This document shows positions 34,665-43,906 of a stretch of 64,000 bases of DNA, piece after piece. A model generated the notes under the pieces. It was not told the origin of the DNA. It did not search any database and worked only from the letters and a program-made list of their open reading frames with translations. The translations under genes were made by a program, and so were the position numbers. The number at the start of each line of letters is the position of its first letter. Position 1 is the stretch's first letter. Location of the stretch: assembly GCA_024278455.1 (NCBI GenBank), contig JAJRTE010000082.1, positions 16,026 to 80,025 on the forward strand, read 5' to 3'. Source of the DNA: Myxococcota bacterium. GTDB taxonomy: Bacteria > Myxococcota_A > UBA796 > JAJRTE01.

Positions 34665-37600
34665 TCACGCGGCACCGCGCCGGCGGCCCTCCCCCGGCAG
34701 TGCGTCTTCGTCGCCCGCGGCAGGCGAACCACCCGCGGCAACTGCCATGGACGAGGCGCGCGAGCCGGGGTCGATGGTACCGCCGGCACGCACGCGGCCC
34801 AAGAACACCTTCACGAGAGAGGGATCCATCTCCGGACAACCCAGGTCACCGAGCGCCTCGCGCGTGTTGTCCGCCACTATCCGTGCCGGCATCGACGCTC
34901 GGTCGAATAGCGCCAGCACCGCGGCCCCGCGGTCACCGCCACCACTCGAGTTCGCCGGGAAGAACTGCTGCAACGGATTGCCCGGCGCACCCCTGACACG
35001 CTCCCGCCAGGCCGCGTAGGGCACCATGTCCAGCCGGGCGCCGGCCGCGTTCAACAGCTCCACCAACTCGGCCCACACCGTCCCCCTTTCATCACCGATG
35101 ATGTGGTAGGCCTTGCCGGGCGAGTGGGGATCGGCGGCAAGCGCGGCAATGGCCCGGGCCACCACGTCCACGGGCGCGATGTGGAACAACGGGGACACAT
35201 CGGGCGCGACGCCCAATTCCAGGCATCCCAGCAGGAATTGCACCAGGAAGTCCCGCGTGTTGTATACACCGGTCCGGGTGTCCCACCCGATGAACGGTGG
35301 CCGATGTATCGCCACCGGCAGGCCTCGAGCACCGGCCTCGAGCACCATGGCCTCGCAGACCCGTTTCGTCTCGCGGTATCCTCCCGGCCCCGCGCATGGC
35401 ATGTCGTCCTCTCGCACCGTCTTGCCAGCGTACTCCGAGGTCAGGAACACCGAGAAGCTCGAGACGAAGTGCATGGGCTTCACCCGCCCGGTACAGGCTA
35501 GCCGGAGGAGTTCCCGCGTGCCGAGCACATTGGTCGGCCGTAGGTCCTGGTATGAAAAGAGGAAGTTCACCAGGAACCCCGCGTGGACGATGAGGTCCGT
35601 CTCCTCGGCAAGATCCTCCCACCTCTCCGGCGCTACTCCCAGGCCAGGCACGGACAGGTCGCCCGGAATCGCGCGCACCCGGGTCTCGAACGACGGATCC
35701 CAGCGCCCGCTCGCCTCCAGGTTCGCACGCACCCGCGCGAACGCCTCCGCCTCGCTCGAGGCGCGCACCAGGCAGGTCACGCGAACACCCGGACCACGGC
35801 AAAGTTCGGCCAGGAGCGGCCCGCCAAGGAACCCCGCCGCGCCGGTGAGAAGGACGCTCTTCGGCGCCGCGCCGTCCCAGGAAGCCCCTCGAGACGGATC
35901 CACCGTTTCGTCGACCAACTCCCGCACCTCCCTCGCCGCATCCACAAGGGAAGCCGGTTCGCCCACGCCTGACAGGCCCGATCGCCCAGCGTTGCAACGA
36001 CCCACCAGGGCGACGGCAGTCCTCTCCTGGTCCCGTCCGGCCTGCCCGCGTTCCGAAACGATGCCTCGAGACGGATCTCGAGCGGGGGCCTCCGCTCCTC
36101 GCGCCGTTCCAGCTCCGTCGCCTTCCCCGCCGGAAGGCGCCGCTTCCGGCCGCACCCCCGGCAACCCTGCCACCACCTCGGCGGCGAGCGCATCCACGGA
36201 ATCTCCCCGCAGAAGGTGCACCACGTTGATCCGAACGCCGGTCTCGGCCTGGATACGATTGCGCAGTTCCGACGCGGTCAGCGAGTCCATCCCCTGCGTC
36301 GTCAGGGGCGCGCCACGATCGAGGTCCTCGAGGGACAGGCCCAAGGCATTGGCGGCGAACCCGGCGAGCAGAGCCTTCGCCTCCTCGAGACGTTGCGCGG
36401 GATCGGAAACAGCGGAAAGCCGGACGGCGGCGGAAACCGCGGCGCCCGAATCGGCCGCCCGCTCCTGTTCGGCCTCCGGCGCGTCCACCACGAGGTCCTC
36501 GAGGAGACGGCGGCGCGGCTGCTGCTCATACATGGGCTTGAACACCTGCCAGTCCACGGCCGCCACGGTGGCCTGGATCGCGTTGACCGCCATGAGCTGC
36601 TCGAGCAACCGCAAGGCCTCCTCGGGAGCCATGGGGTCGAGGCCCATGTTCCTCAGCATCCGGGCGTTGTCGGATTGCGAGGCCATTCCCGAGTCTCCCC
36701 ACATCGCCCAGTCGACGCTGAGTGCCGGGAGACCGAGACCGCGCCGGTAGTGGGCCAGGGCATCCAGGAACTGGTTGGCAGCCGCGTAGTGGGCGAGCAA
36801 CCTGGACCCCCAGGTCGCCGCCGCGGAGGAGAAGAGGACGAAGAAGTCCAGGTTCCGCTCCTGCGTCGCCCGGTGCAACACCCAGGCCCCCTGGACCTTG
36901 GGCGCCAGCACCTTCTCCAGATCCTCCCTCCCCAACTCCGCGCACGCCACCGTCGAAACCACGCCCGCGGCATGAATGACACCACGCAACGACGGCCCTT
37001 CCCGCTCCACCCGCTCCAGAAGCGCTGACATGGCCTCACCGTCGGATACGTCGACCCGTGCCACCGTGACGCGCGTCCCTTGCGCCTCGATCCGGGCCAG
37101 GGTGGCCGCCGGCTCGAGTCCCAGGGCGGCGGAAACCTCCCACTCGGTGCGGGTCTCGGGACCGCTGCGGCTGGTCAACACAAGGTGACCGGCACCTCGT
37201 TCGGCCAGCCAGCGAGCCAGCTTGAGCCCCAGGGAGCCGAGCCCCCCGGTCACCAGGTAGGTACCGTCCTGGCGCATGGACGGGGCCAGGCAGACGCCCG
37301 CGTCCTCCCGCCGAACCAGGCGGCGCACCATCCGCCGCCCGCCCCGGTAGGCCACCTCATCGTCTCGAGGCATGCCGGCAAGTTCCGCCATCAAGGCGGC
37401 AGAGGCGGTCACAGCGTCCCAGTCCGGGTCGAGATCGATCAGCCCCCCCCAGGTCTCGGGAACTTCCTGGGCGATGCCACGCCCGAGACCCCAAAGGCAG
37501 GCACCGCGCGGATCGACGGCGCTTCCTCCAACTGGTTGCGCGCCTCGAGTCACCACCCACACCACCGCCTTCTCCGCCCCACGTTCGCCGACGCGCGAAC

Positions 37601-40600
37601 CCGCCCGGCCGGCCCCGGCCACCGCCTCGTCCCGCGCGCCACCCACGGCCCGCACCAGCTCGACCAGGCGGCCGCACTGGTCCACCTGCAAGACCTGGAT
37701 ATCCCGCGGAGAACCGCTGTCCACGGCAGGTGCATCCAGGGGCCATAGGTCCACGATCCGGTCGAAAGGCCTGCCAGCAGCCGCCTCGAGACGCTCGACG
37801 AGCCGACCCAGGTCGCCCGCCTCGTCCGCGCCGACCACCCAGCCATCGTCGCCCGCACGCCCGGCCCCTTCGCCGGCCCGAACCTCCCAGCAGACCGCGC
37901 CCGCACGCCGTACCTGTTCGCAAAGCAGGCGTCCCACGCCCGTCGCGCCGGCAAGCACGAGCCATGCCTGGCCGGCAAGCGATCGATCCCCATCCGCAGC
38001 GACGGACAAGGGCGCGAGGTGTGGCCGGGGGACCCAGACACTGTCGTAGAGCCAGTCGGCCCGCACCGGGGCCGCGATGCCTTCGTGAGACAGGCGCCGA
38101 ATACGGAACCCATCGAACGCGACCAACACCCGTCCGTCCTCGTCGATAAGCCGCACATCGGCCTCGAGATGGTCCGGGACGGCCGGCACCCCACCGGGCT
38201 CGCTCTCGTGCGACACGGCCACCGCGTGGCTCCAGATGGCTCGAGGCGGCTGGCGCAAGACACGCATCTCCTTGAGCCGCACCGGCAGGAAGCTGTCCCG
38301 GTCGGTCTCCGCGTCCGGCAACATGGCGGCGATCACCTGCAAGCAGGCGTCGAGCAGCGCAGGATGGAGATGGAAGGCCCCGGCCTGCTCCGCCACGCTC
38401 TCCGGCAGGACGATGCGACCCAGCGCCTCTCCCGGACGGGACCAGAGGACGGTCACCCCCTGGAACGCCGGTCCATACTGGATGCCTCTCGCCTCGCAGT
38501 GGCGGTAGTGGCTTTCTGAGGTACGCGACTGCTCGAACGCCTGCTGCAACGCCGCGATAGAGACAGTCTGGTGGTGGATGTCTCCGCTACCAGGGGACCG
38601 TGCCGGCCGCGCCCCTGAACGCGCCCGGCCGATCGCCACCTTCCCCTCGACGTGGCGGACCCATGGGGCCTCGTCCGCCGACTCCGGCCGGCTGAAGATC
38701 TCGAACGCGAACCGGTGCCGATCCTGCGCCGCACCCATTTCGAGCTGCACCTTGCGTGGCGCGCCAGAAGTGAGGAACATCGCCTTGTCGAACCGCACGT
38801 CGGACAGGACGGCGTGACGGTCACCGAACGCTTCAGCCACCGCGGCGTGGATCATTTCCAGGTAGGCCGTAGCGGGAAACACCACCACCCCCTGGACCTT
38901 GTGGTCGGCGATGAAGGGAACCTCCTCGAGGCTCAGTGTGGAAACCCAGCAGTGTCGTCCCGGCCGGGACGCCAACTCGACGTGCGTCGCGAGGAACGGA
39001 TGGCCTTCCCGCCGCCGCTGGACCCTCGTCTCCTGCTCTTGGGCTACCGGGGCGTCGATCCAGTATCGCTTCCGCTGCCACGGGTAGGGAGGAAGCGAGA
39101 CGCAGCGCGCGGAATCCGGGAACAGCGGCCGGAACTCGACGGGGAGACCCAGGCAATGGAGTGCGCCGAGGGACTGGAGGATGGTCTTGTGCTCGGGACC
39201 CTCGCGCTTGATCGACGGGAGCACGTGGCAGGCGCCGCCCGCGCCCGTCACGGCCTCCTGGACCGCGTTCAGCAGCGTCGGATGGGGACTCAACTCCAGG
39301 AAAACCAGGTGCCCGCGGCTCCCAAGCCGCTCGAGCACCGTGTGGAACAGCACCGGTTCCCGGAGGTTGCGGGACCAGTAGGCCGCCTGGAACGTGTCAC
39401 GGCCGGCCTCCTCCCCGGTCACCGTGGACACGATGGGCACCTCCGGCTCATGCGTGCGCACGTCGCCGATGGCCGCCTCGAGCCGACCCATCAACGGGTC
39501 CATCTGGGGGCTGTGCCCTGCCAGGTCCACCTTGAGACGGCGGTGGAAGACACCTCGAGCCTCCAACCGGCCGAGCAGCGTGGCCAGCGCGTCGGGGTCG
39601 CCGGAAATCGTGCACGAGGATGGACCATTGTTCGCGGCGACCGAGAGCCGGTCTTCGAATCCGCGCAAGGCATCGAGCGCATCCTCGAGGGGCAGGGCCA
39701 CGGCGGCCATGGCGCCCTTGCCGGTCACGAGCTGCATGACCTGCCCGCGATGATAGATGATGCGAACGGCGGTCTCGAGGTCGATGCAGCCGGCGATGTG
39801 CGCGGCCGCCACCTCGCCCATGCTGTGTCCGATCACCACGTCCGGGTGGATACCCCACGAGCGCCAGAGGGCGGCGAGCGACACCTGGATGGCGAACAGG
39901 GCCGGCTGGGTGACTTCGGTCTCATGGATCCTCGAGGCGTCCCGCCCGGCGCGCAAGGCGTCCCGCACGGACCACCCGGCCAGGCGCAGCAGGTGGACGT
40001 CGACCGCCTCCATGCTCGCCCGGAACACGGGCTCGGCGGCCATCAACTCCCTGCCCATGCCCCACCACTGGGGTCCCTGGCCGGGACACAGGAACACGAC
40101 ACGCCGTCCTTGCGCGGGCAACGACGCGGCCTGGAACACGTCCGGTCCACCGTCCCCGGCGACGAAACGCCGCAGCTTGTCGGCCGCCTCCTTGTGAGAT
40201 TCGGCCACCAGGCTCAGGCGGTGGGGCCTGGCGTCCCGCCGGAGCGCCGCCGTGTAGCAGATGTCGCCCAGATCGTAGGCCGCTCCGCTCGCGGCGACGA
40301 AACGGCTGAAACGGGCAGCAGCATCCCGGAGAGCCGCCGGGGTGACCGCGGACAGGGTGAGCAGGTGGGCCCGGCGGCGTGGCCGATCGGGCGTCCTTTC
40401 CGCGCGCGCCGGCGGCGCCTCCTTGACGACCACGTGGACGTTCGTCCCGCCGAACCCGAAGGAACTGACCCCCGCAAGCGCTTCTCCCGGAGGTGCCGGC
40501 CACGCTTCCAGGGCCTGCTGCACCTTGACAGGCAACGTGTCGAACGGGATCCGCGGATTGGGCTTGCCCAGCTTTCGGGAGGGGGGTATCCGGCGGTGCT

Positions 40601-43600
40601 TGAGCGCGAGCACGACCTTGATGAGTCCCGCGATGCCGGCAGCGGCCTCGAGGTGGCCGACCAGGCTCTTGACCGCCCCGATGGCGCACGGCCGATCACT
40701 GGGCCGGCCCTCGGCCACCACCGATCCAAGGGCCTGCACCTCGATAGGATCGCCGAGCGCGGTGCCGGTGCCGTGCGTCTCGATGTAGTGCACTTGCCCC
40801 GGCGAGACGCCCGCGCGGCGGTAGGCCTCCCTCAGAACCTCGGCCTGGGCCAGCCCGTTCGGGGCCATGAGACCGTTGGTCTTGCCATCGTTGTTGGTGG
40901 CGCTGGCCAGCAGTACCGCATACACGGGATCACCATCCTCGAGGGCTCGAGACAGCGGCTTGAGCACCACCACGCCCGCCCCTTCGGCCCTCCCGTACCC
41001 GTCGGCCGCCGCGTCGAACGTCTTGCACCGCCCGTCCGGAGCCATCACCCCCGCCTTGGAGAAGTTGATCGTGATGTCAGGGGTCAGGATCACGTTCACA
41101 CCGCCGGCAATGGCCAGGGTGGACTCCCCGGAGCGAAGGCTCTTGACGGCCTCGTGCACCGCCACCAGGGAGGAGGAGCACGCCGTGTCCACCGCCATGC
41201 TCGGCCCGCGCAGATCGAACGTGTAGGACAACCGGTTGGCGGCGATGGAGAACGCGCTTCCTGTACCGAAATAGGCGTCGATGCGTGACCTGTCCGAGAA
41301 CAGGATCCGGCTGTAGTCCGAGTTCGTGATACCTACGAACACGCCAGTGCGACTCCCCATCAGCTCCATGGGGCGCAATCCAGCGTCCTCCAGGGCCTCG
41401 TAAGCCACCTCGAGCAGCAACCGCTGCTGCGGATCCATGCGCTCCGCTTCTCTCGGGGAGATGGAGAAGAGCAACGGGTCGAATTCGTCGACACGGTCGA
41501 GGAAGCCCCCTCGTGCGGTCACGGCCTTCCCAGGCGCCGACGGGTCGGGGTCGTAGTAGTCCTCGAGTTTCCATCGATCTCGAGGCACCTCACGGGTGGC
41601 GTCCCGTCCTTCTTCGAGGAGTCGCCAGAACGCTTCCGGGCCGTCGGCCCCGGGGAAGCGGCAGCCGATTCCGATGACCGCGATGGGCTCCTTGTCCGCG
41701 CCAAGCTCTCTCCCGGAAGGGCTGGTCGCTGCTCGAACGCCTGTCGCGCCGGGCGCGTGTTCTGCCAGGAAGCCGGCCAGGCGGGAGACAGTGGGATAGT
41801 CGTACATGACGGTGGCCGGCAAGTCCACGTTCAGCCAGGCCTCGAGGTCGCCGGTCAAGAGGACGGCCTCCTTCGAGTCCAGGCCGTAGTTCGCGAACGG
41901 TTCTTCGGGATCGACGGTGCCCGCGGGCAGACGGAGCCGTTCCTCGAGACGCCGGATGAGCCAGGTCGAGATCTCTCCGGTCGCCTTTCCGGGGCGGAGC
42001 CTGGGAACGGTCGCCCCGGCGTCCTCCACCTTTTTCTCCGTGCGGTGCGTTTCGGGGACACGCCAGGCATGGAGTGGCTCGAGGCGCCCGCCGAGGAAGG
42101 CGGCCCGGCAGGCTTTCCGGCGGATCTTGCCACTCGAGGTCTTGGGCACGGTGCCTGCCCGGATCAGCGCCACGGCGTGGAGCTGGAGATCGTGGTGTTC
42201 GGCGACGGCCCGGCGGATCTTCTTGACGATCTCCTCCGGCGAGGGCGGTGCGTTTTGCCGGGACGTGAAGGCGTCCACTTCCGGGTCCTCCCGGCGCCTG
42301 TCTTTTCCTTCGAACACGGCGTCGGCATAGCGGCGTTCGAGTTCGTGGACGAGGACGAGCCGTTCCTCGCCGTCGATATCGACGGAGAAGGCCGCCCCGC
42401 AGCCCTGGCGAATCGCCCCTGGCGCCGCGGTCTCCACGGTCCTCTCGATGTCCTGCGGGTAGTGGTTGCGACCCCGTATCACGATCAGGTCCTTGAGCCT
42501 GCCGGTGATGAACAGCTCGCCGTCCTCGCGGAGGAATCCCAGGTCCCCGGACCGCATGAACGGCCCGTCGCCGTTCGCCAGTCGGGCGCGGAAGGTCTCC
42601 TCGGTGGCGCCGGGTCGCTTCCAATAGCCGACGGCGATGGACGGTCCCGACATCCACACCTCCCCAACCCGGCCGGGCGGACAGGGCTCGAGAGTCTCGG
42701 GGTCGGCGATGACCAGCCGCTCGACCTCCGGCGTGCCGCACCCGACGAGTGTGATCCCCCCCGGGGAGCCCTGTGGCACCGGCACCGCTTCGTTGCGGCT
42801 CAACGCATCCTTGCTGACCGTGAAGAGCTTCGGGGGCTCTCCCTTTTCGCCGCCGCTGACGAACAACGTGGCCTCGGCCAGACCGTAGCAAGGCCAGGCG
42901 GCGCCGGCACGAAATCCCGCGGGGCCGAAGACTCGAGCAAAACGTTCCAGGGTCTCGGCGCGGACCGGTTCGGCGCCGTTGTAGGCGATCGCCCACGACG
43001 ACAGGTCCAGCCTGGCGAGTTGGTCGCCGGTGACCTGCTTGACGCACAGGTCGTAGGCGAAGTTCGGACCGCCGCTGACGATTGGGCGCCAGGTCGTGAT
43101 GGCCTCGAGCCACCTGGACGGCTGCTTGAGGAACGCGATGGGGGACATGAACACACAGGTCTGGCCCGCGTAGAGGGGGCGCAGGAGGCCGTCGATGAGG
43201 CCCATGTCGTGGTAGTTGGGCAGCCAGGTCAAGGCGACGCTGCCTTCCGGGGTCCCGAACTTCCTGGTCAGCACTTCGAAGTTGAGCACCAGGTTCCGGT
43301 GGGTGACCATCACGCCCTTCGGTGTGCCGGTGGAGCCCGACGTGTACTGGAGCAGCGCCAGGGAATCCCCCCCCACGCCCGGATCGCGCCAGTCGTTCTC
43401 GATACCGCCGGGAAGCCCGTCCGCCGCCGCCCAGTCGAGCCGCTCCAGTTCCGGTGCGGCCTGGAAGAGGGCCGGTGCCATCCCCTTCAGCGCCCGCGTG
43501 GTCAGCACCATGGCGGCGCCGGAATCGGACACGATGGCCTGAAATCGAGGCAAGGTGCGCGCAATGCGCTTCGGATCCGGCGGATAGGTGGGAGTGGCGA

Positions 43601-43898
43601 CCGCTCCAGCGTAGAGGCAGCCGAGGAAGCCGACGAGGAAATCCGTCCCGGGAGGGTAGACCAGAAGGATGGGCCGGCCGATGGCTCCGTGCTGCTGGAG
43701 GAACGCGCCCACACGCCGGGCTCGAGCGTCCAGTTCGGCGTAGGTGATGCGTATCTCGTGGTTCCGGCCTCCGGCAAGGTGCACGCATGCCAGGTCGTTC
43801 GCCTGGTGTACCGCACGCCGGCGCAACACCTCGGCAAGGGTTTTTTCTTCAGCAAGCTTCCCGGTCCCTCTCTCCCTCTTCTCTTCAGGCATGGTCAC
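34665..43898 (-). CDS. hybrid fatty-acyl-AMP ligase / type I polyketide synthase with terminal thioester reductase: FAAL-ACP-KS-AT-DH-KR-ACP-R
   Basis: 3077 aa. Domain markers in order: FAAL 'LQYTSGSTGTPKGVMVTHRNL'; ACP 'ANYGLDSKEAV'; KS 'DTACSSSLVAVH...HGTGTALGDPIE'; AT 'GQGPQWWGMG...GHSMGEVAAAHIAG'; DH 'HPFLATHVELASRPG'; KR 'GTYLVTGGLGSLGLKLARWLAERGAGHLVL'; ACP 'QGMDSLTASELR'; R 'SVLLTGAAGFLGGPLLAELC...DLIVHAGFLVNF'. No ER or TE domain is present. Confidence 0.9.
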   Translation of the reverse strand: MTMPEEKRERGTGKLAEEKTLAEVLRRRAVHQANDLACVHLAGGRNHEIRITYAELDARARRVGAFLQQHGAIGRPILLVYPPGTDFLVGFLGCLYAGAVATPTYPPDPKRIARTLPRFQAIVSDSGAAMVLTTRALKGMAPALFQAAPELERLDWAAADGLPGGIENDWRDPGVGGDSLALLQYTSGSTGTPKGVMVTHRNLVLNFEVLTRKFGTPEGSVALTWLPNYHDMGLIDGLLRPLYAGQTCVFMSPIAFLKQPSRWLEAITTWRPIVSGGPNFAYDLCVKQVTGDQLARLDLSSWAIAYNGAEPVRAETLERFARVFGPAGFRAGAAWPCYGLAEATLFVSGGEKGEPPKLFTVSKDALSRNEAVPVPQGSPGGITLVGCGTPEVERLVIADPETLEPCPPGRVGEVWMSGPSIAVGYWKRPGATEETFRARLANGDGPFMRSGDLGFLREDGELFITGRLKDLIVIRGRNHYPQDIERTVETAAPGAIRQGCGAAFSVDIDGEERLVLVHELERRYADAVFEGKDRRREDPEVDAFTSRQNAPPSPEEIVKKIRRAVAEHHDLQLHAVALIRAGTVPKTSSGKIRRKACRAAFLGGRLEPLHAWRVPETHRTEKKVEDAGATVPRLRPGKATGEISTWLIRRLEERLRLPAGTVDPEEPFANYGLDSKEAVLLTGDLEAWLNVDLPATVMYDYPTVSRLAGFLAEHAPGATGVRAATSPSGRELGADKEPIAVIGIGCRFPGADGPEAFWRLLEEGRDATREVPRDRWKLEDYYDPDPSAPGKAVTARGGFLDRVDEFDPLLFSISPREAERMDPQQRLLLEVAYEALEDAGLRPMELMGSRTGVFVGITNSDYSRILFSDRSRIDAYFGTGSAFSIAANRLSYTFDLRGPSMAVDTACSSSLVAVHEAVKSLRSGESTLAIAGGVNVILTPDITINFSKAGVMAPDGRCKTFDAAADGYGRAEGAGVVVLKPLSRALEDGDPVYAVLLASATNNDGKTNGLMAPNGLAQAEVLREAYRRAGVSPGQVHYIETHGTGTALGDPIEVQALGSVVAEGRPSDRPCAIGAVKSLVGHLEAAAGIAGLIKVVLALKHRRIPPSRKLGKPNPRIPFDTLPVKVQQALEAWPAPPGEALAGVSSFGFGGTNVHVVVKEAPPARAERTPDRPRRRAHLLTLSAVTPAALRDAAARFSRFVAASGAAYDLGDICYTAALRRDARPHRLSLVAESHKEAADKLRRFVAGDGGPDVFQAASLPAQGRRVVFLCPGQGPQWWGMGRELMAAEPVFRASMEAVDVHLLRLAGWSVRDALRAGRDASRIHETEVTQPALFAIQVSLAALWRSWGIHPDVVIGHSMGEVAAAHIAGCIDLETAVRIIYHRGQVMQLVTGKGAMAAVALPLEDALDALRGFEDRLSVAANNGPSSCTISGDPDALATLLGRLEARGVFHRRLKVDLAGHSPQMDPLMGRLEAAIGDVRTHEPEVPIVSTVTGEEAGRDTFQAAYWSRNLREPVLFHTVLERLGSRGHLVFLELSPHPTLLNAVQEAVTGAGGACHVLPSIKREGPEHKTILQSLGALHCLGLPVEFRPLFPDSARCVSLPPYPWQRKRYWIDAPVAQEQETRVQRRREGHPFLATHVELASRPGRHCWVSTLSLEEVPFIADHKVQGVVVFPATAYLEMIHAAVAEAFGDRHAVLSDVRFDKAMFLTSGAPRKVQLEMGAAQDRHRFAFEIFSRPESADEAPWVRHVEGKVAIGRARSGARPARSPGSGDIHHQTVSIAALQQAFEQSRTSESHYRHCEARGIQYGPAFQGVTVLWSRPGEALGRIVLPESVAEQAGAFHLHPALLDACLQVIAAMLPDAETDRDSFLPVRLKEMRVLRQPPRAIWSHAVAVSHESEPGGVPAVPDHLEADVRLIDEDGRVLVAFDGFRIRRLSHEGIAAPVRADWLYDSVWVPRPHLAPLSVAADGDRSLAGQAWLVLAGATGVGRLLCEQVRRAGAVCWEVRAGEGAGRAGDDGWVVGADEAGDLGRLVERLEAAAGRPFDRIVDLWPLDAPAVDSGSPRDIQVLQVDQCGRLVELVRAVGGARDEAVAGAGRAGSRVGERGAEKAVVWVVTRGAQPVGGSAVDPRGACLWGLGRGIAQEVPETWGGLIDLDPDWDAVTASAALMAELAGMPRDDEVAYRGGRRMVRRLVRREDAGVCLAPSMRQDGTYLVTGGLGSLGLKLARWLAERGAGHLVLTSRSGPETRTEWEVSAALGLEPAATLARIEAQGTRVTVARVDVSDGEAMSALLERVEREGPSLRGVIHAAGVVSTVACAELGREDLEKVLAPKVQGAWVLHRATQERNLDFFVLFSSAAATWGSRLLAHYAAANQFLDALAHYRRGLGLPALSVDWAMWGDSGMASQSDNARMLRNMGLDPMAPEEALRLLEQLMAVNAIQATVAAVDWQVFKPMYEQQPRRRLLEDLVVDAPEAEQERAADSGAAVSAAVRLSAVSDPAQRLEEAKALLAGFAANALGLSLEDLDRGAPLTTQGMDSLTASELRNRIQAETGVRINVVHLLRGDSVDALAAEVVAGLPGVRPEAAPSGGEGDGAGTARGAEAPARDPSRGIVSERGQAGRDQERTAVALVGRCNAGRSGLSGVGEPASLVDAAREVRELVDETVDPSRGASWDGAAPKSVLLTGAAGFLGGPLLAELCRGPGVRVTCLVRASSEAEAFARVRANLEASGRWDPSFETRVRAIPGDLSVPGLGVAPERWEDLAEETDLIVHAGFLVNFLFSYQDLRPTNVLGTRELLRLACTGRVKPMHFVSSFSVFLTSEYAGKTVREDDMPCAGPGGYRETKRVCEAMVLEAGARGLPVAIHRPPFIGWDTRTGVYNTRDFLVQFLLGCLELGVAPDVSPLFHIAPVDVVARAIAALAADPHSPGKAYHIIGDERGTVWAELVELLNAAGARLDMVPYAAWRERVRGAPGNPLQQFFPANSSGGGDRGAAVLALFDRASMPARIVADNTREALGDLGCPEMDPSLVKVFLGRVRAGGTIDPGSRASSMAVAAGGSPAAGDEDALPGEGRRRGAA

Positions 43899-43906
43899 CC
43901 CCTGCT

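Noticed and set aside
38652-41288. 878-aa plus-strand ORF antisense to the PKS, and 41590..43788 (-) alternate frame within it
   Set aside because: The PKS frame carries colinear KS/AT/DH/KR/ACP/R motifs. These other frames are Arg/Gly/Pro-rich with no motifs.
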